Source of the DNA: a virus
DNA: 64,000 bases
Strand: one strand, 5' to 3'
IMG/VR virus record: IMGVR_UViG_3300050343_000215
Location: 113,687-177,686 of that record
Below the pieces are notes generated by a model. That model did not search any database. It was not told where the DNA came from and saw only the letters and a list, made by a program, of their open reading frames with translations. Below, piece by piece: positions 61,662-64,000 of this stretch (position 1 is the first letter of the stretch; the number at the start of each line of letters is the position of its first letter). Both the position numbers and the translations under genes were made by a program.

Positions 61662-61851
61662 CTCCCATGGGATAGTAACCGAAACGATTCCATCCCTGAG
61701 GATAGGACTTAGACCAGTTGATCAGCATGAGGCACAGGTCGTGATCAGAGGAGCGGTGATACAACTCTACTAACCAGAGGGGTGCTTCAGTCTGGTCATT
61801 CTTCTCACAGAACATGGAGATCAGTGATGAGATTGCTTTTGATCGTGTCAT
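61657..61851 (-). CDS. Early hypothetical protein (64 aa)
   Basis: ORF track; directly downstream of promoter copy 3. Confidence 0.65.
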   Translation of the reverse strand: MTRSKAISSLISMFCEKNDQTEAPLWLVELYHRSSDHDLCLMLINWSKSYPQGWNRFGYYPMGV

Positions 61852-61874
61852 GGTGTGGTTCGCTTGATGTCCTT

Positions 61875-61933
61875 ATTATAGGGGCTGTGAGAGGTGATGC
61901 TAGGTCTTGTGTGCCACTAGGGCGATCGTCCAC
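61875..61933 (-). promoter_or_regulatory. Early promoter, bipartite motif copy 3
   Basis: GTGGACGA-N7-AGTGGCACA-N29-TATAAT. Confidence 0.8.
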
Positions 61934-61971
61934 AGGCAGCCGACCAGTTAGTGTTACTTAGTGGAGACAAT

Positions 61972-61996
61972 AAAAAAGAGGGGATATACCCCTCTC
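61972..61996 (-). terminator. Intrinsic terminator
   Basis: Minus strand GAGGGG-UAUAU-CCCCUC-UUUUUU directly after the stop at 61999. Confidence 0.8.
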
Positions 61997-61998
61997 AC

Positions 61999-62325
61999 TC
62001 AAGCGTACTCACAAAATGTGAATCCGTTAACGAAATCATGAACAACTTTGTTGTCACGAATGAACCACTGATAGTCCTTCTGAAATACACCGTCAGTGAA
62101 TGCATTGCAGAACTCGTTGATGATAGCATTCAAACGAGACTTGGTGGTGTTAGACTGCCAACCTCCATCAAATACAGTGACAAAATCATCACCAACCTTT
62201 GCAATCTTGTTACCGTGGAGATACACAGTGGAGATGGTGCCTTCGGTGACAACTTGAGTGTTAGCGTTGCTCCAGTTCTTGTTCGCTGTGATGGCAGCGT
62301 TCATCTGGGTTTCAATCTTACGCAT
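61999..62325 (-). CDS. Conserved early protein (108 aa, MRKIETQMN...)
   Basis: Start moved to the ATG at 62325 because promoter copy 4 lies just upstream; VYLHGNKIA and TTKSRLNA motifs recalled from cyanomyovirus early genes. Confidence 0.8.
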   Translation of the reverse strand: MRKIETQMNAAITANKNWSNANTQVVTEGTISTVYLHGNKIAKVGDDFVTVFDGGWQSNTTKSRLNAIINEFCNAFTDGVFQKDYQWFIRDNKVVHDFVNGFTFCEYA

Positions 62326-62353
62326 GTTTGGTGTCGGTTTGGTTGACTTCTTT

Positions 62354-62412
62354 ATAATACAGGGGATGAGAGGCAGCACAACCAGTTGTGTGCCACCTTG
62401 TGGATCGTCACA
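62354..62412 (-). promoter_or_regulatory. Early promoter, bipartite motif copy 4
   Basis: TGTGACGA-N7-GGTGGCACA-N29-TATTAT. Confidence 0.75.
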
Positions 62413-62641
62413 GACCAGCGATGTAGTCTGCGACTGCCTCATCATATTCTGCTTTGGTGTCAAAGGTGCGACCGTAGATCGTGCGAGGATATGAGGCATC
62501 ACGACCAGCAGCGGCGACCATCTCACAGTCGGCACGATCGTATCCCATCTCTACGAGGTTTGCCACGTAGGGGTTATGAATGTTCATCAGAACCTCATCA
62601 GTCTCAAGTGCCATGGTGCAGGGATCTTTGAATTTGTTCAT
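62408..62641 (-). CDS. Early hypothetical protein (77 aa)
   Basis: ORF track; ATG at the predicted +1 of promoter copy 5. Confidence 0.7.
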   Translation of the reverse strand: MNKFKDPCTMALETDEVLMNIHNPYVANLVEMGYDRADCEMVAAAGRDASYPRTIYGRTFDTKAEYDEAVADYIAGL

Positions 62642-62647
62642 GTGTCT

Positions 62648-62705
62648 ACAATAGAGGATTTTGAGTGCTGTGCCACGCTAGGGTGACAGTTCGTCAATCG
62701 TCCAG
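62648..62705 (-). promoter_or_regulatory. Early promoter, bipartite motif copy 5
   Basis: CTGGACGA-N7-ACTGTCACC-N28-TATTGT. Confidence 0.65.
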
Positions 62706-62861
62706 CAGAGGGTCTTCCTTCTCAATGTCGTCTTGCATGTCCAGAGGCATGGCGTCTCTGTCGTCAATGTCACAATCAAACGAGAGGATGGACGGGATGT
62801 CATCGGTGACATCTCCCATATCAAAGATCTCTCCCATCATGTCCTGAATCTCATCCCACAT
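62694..62861 (-). CDS. Acidic early protein (55 aa, MWDEIQDM.GEIFD)
   Basis: Start placed at the ATG at 62861, downstream of promoter copy 6. Confidence 0.65.
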   Translation of the reverse strand: MWDEIQDMMGEIFDMGDVTDDIPSILSFDCDIDDRDAMPLDMQDDIEKEDPLLDD

Positions 62862-62884
62862 TGGTTTTTCTCTCAACTGAAGTC

Positions 62885-62943
62885 ATCCTACAGCAGCACC
62901 GACCCCTGACATGCTACCATGTGACAGTTCGCGAATCGTCCAC
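62885..62943 (-). promoter_or_regulatory. Early promoter, bipartite motif copy 6
   Basis: GTGGACGA-N7-ACTGTCACA-N29-TAGGAT. Confidence 0.75.
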
Positions 62944-62959
62944 GGTCGGCTGAATCAGT

Positions 62960-63112
62960 TTATGTTAGAAACTCTTCCATGTAGTAGTCTACAGTAACTT
63001 CATAGAATGCAGCACGTTCTTCTAAACTAGCAGCGAATTCTTCTGCAAAGATATGATTATCTTCATCTGAGTTGTTATCATCACAGAAGAGATCTAGAGT
63101 TGATTCATGCAT
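62960..63112 (-). CDS. Acidic hypothetical protein (50 aa, ends VDYYMEEFLT)
   Basis: True start probably MHEST at 63112; the upstream part of the 129-aa track ORF overlaps a better gene. Confidence 0.6.
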   Translation of the reverse strand: MHESTLDLFCDDNNSDEDNHIFAEEFAASLEERAAFYEVTVDYYMEEFLT

Positions 63113-63116
63113 AGTA

Positions 63117-63371
63117 TTAAACGGCAACTTTACGAGTTTCGTTAAGTAACTGTCGTTGTGTTGATTTGATTGTGTGGAGGCAATCATACAGTTGATGTAC
63201 ACTAGTGATATCAAGTCCACCAGGGGATTTAATATCAATCCGAGAAGCATTTGCCCAGTTGATGTTGTTCTTCTTGTCAACTGTTGTTGTGTAATAGTTG
63301 CCATCTTTTTCCCAGTATGCATAACCTTCGCATACAACATAGTTGTCAATAGTCATCGGTCTAGTTTTCAT
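63117..63371 (-). CDS. Hypothetical protein (84 aa)
   Basis: ORF track; ATGA overlap with the upstream ORF. Confidence 0.65.
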   Translation of the reverse strand: MKTRPMTIDNYVVCEGYAYWEKDGNYYTTTVDKKNNINWANASRIDIKSPGGLDITSVHQLYDCLHTIKSTQRQLLNETRKVAV

Positions 63372-63526
63372 AGTGGTTGAACATCAAGGTAAGTAATTTT
63401 AAGTTTCTTATATTCTTTTTTGACCTTCTTGACTGCATTTTGGTGAGTATTTGCTGTCACAAATCCTTCTTGATTTACTCCATCAGCAGTCTCAAAATAG
63501 TACTCAAACTTGTTTGAAGAAGACAT
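63368..63526 (-). CDS. Hypothetical protein (52 aa)
   Basis: Hand translation MSSSNKFEYYFETADGVNQEGFVTANTHQNAVKKVKKEYKKLKITYLDVQPL*. Confidence 0.55.
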   Translation of the reverse strand: MSSSNKFEYYFETADGVNQEGFVTANTHQNAVKKVKKEYKKLKITYLDVQPL

Positions 63527-63688
63527 TGTAGTCTTTGTAAGTGTTATTAATTTGAGAATATTTAGTATAATATTCTCTATAGGACTAGTCAGACTTGAAC
63601 TGACAAAGATATTTAAATCTGACAGATTTTAAGTCTGTTGTGTTTACCAATTTCACCATAGTCCTAATTAGTTAAATATAAAGTTTTC

Positions 63689-63850
63689 CACAGTACTGTG
63701 AAGTTCTTAAATACTTAACTTTTAAGATTTCTGAGGTTTTTATAATTCCTCAGGTTCTACAGTTTCTGAGATTCTATAAGTTTCTCAGAAACTATAAAAC
63801 CCTCAGTTATTATAATACTGTAGAACTGAGGATTTGTCAAGTTCTATAAG
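63689..63850. repeat. Interlocking inverted repeats in AT-rich non-coding DNA
   Basis: CACAGTACTGTG palindrome (63689-63700); CTGAGG/CCTCAG pairs; TTTCTGAG...CTCAGAAA; CCTCAGGTTCTACAG versus CTGTAGAACTGAGG; TTCTATAAG twice. Confidence 0.7.
63812..63840 (-). promoter_or_regulatory. Sigma70 promoter
   Basis: TTGACA-N17-TATTAT. Confidence 0.75.
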
Positions 63851-63899
63851 ATTCCTCGGAATGCCTCATAGGGACTGACCTTTGAAACCCTACAGAGTT

Positions 63900-63928
63900 A
63901 TTATATAAGGATCTCGGAGGTTTGTCAA
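63900..63928 (-). promoter_or_regulatory. Sigma70 promoter, perfect consensus
   Basis: TTGACA-N17-TATAAT. Confidence 0.85.
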
Positions 63929-64000
63929 GTGCCAACTGTGAGAACCTTCTGACATATCTGTGAAGTTCTTATACTATGGGTTGACAATCGGTACGATGCA

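Noticed and set aside
61999-62535. 178-aa version of the MRKIE gene and 129-aa version of ORF 62960-63349
   Set aside because: The extensions cross a promoter or overlap better genes; starts reassigned to 62325 and 63112
61120-62943. CRISPR-like array interpretation of the early repeats
   Set aside because: The repeats are degenerate, unevenly spaced (about 240-480 bp), separated by genes and tied to -10 boxes; no cas genes
1-64000. tRNA, rRNA, photosynthesis auxiliary genes, integrase
   Set aside because: None recognised; intergenic gaps are too short or lack tRNA boxes. tRNAscan-SE was not run, so a divergent tRNA cannot be fully excluded.

Overview
This window is part of a T4-like cyanophage (cyanomyovirus) genome, most likely Synechococcus/Prochlorococcus-infecting; the host is inferred from gene content and order, not proven. 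Almost all genes are on the minus strand. In transcription order (right to left) the window holds four parts. (1) An AT-rich non-coding stretch with tandem sigma70 promoters and interlocking inverted repeats (63.6-64 kb). (2) A cluster of small early genes (60.4-63.5 kb), GC-richer over 60.4-63.0 kb, with six copies of a bipartite upstream motif fixed 28-29 bp from a -10 box; it includes HicA-like and KTSC-like candidates. (3) Glutaredoxin, PAAR/gp5.4, a 1365-aa Ig/glycine-rich putative adhesin and a 2OG-Fe(II) oxygenase. (4) The late structural module: gp25, gp6, gp7 (split by an in-frame TAA), gp8, a DUF4815/VrlC-like protein, several fiber/virion proteins, gp13-gp16, gp17, gp18, gp19 and the 5' part of gp20. 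One three-gene plus-strand cassette (10.36-12.45 kb, containing 2OG-oxygenase-like genes) interrupts this module. T4-type late promoters (TATAAATA/ATAAATA) precede many structural genes, and two of them lie inside terminator hairpins. I found no tRNA, rRNA, CRISPR array, intron/intein, reverse transcriptase or integrase. Two local indel clusters (about 6.0 kb and 43.2 kb) look like sequencing errors or recent damage. All family assignments come from recalled motifs and synteny; no database searches were run.
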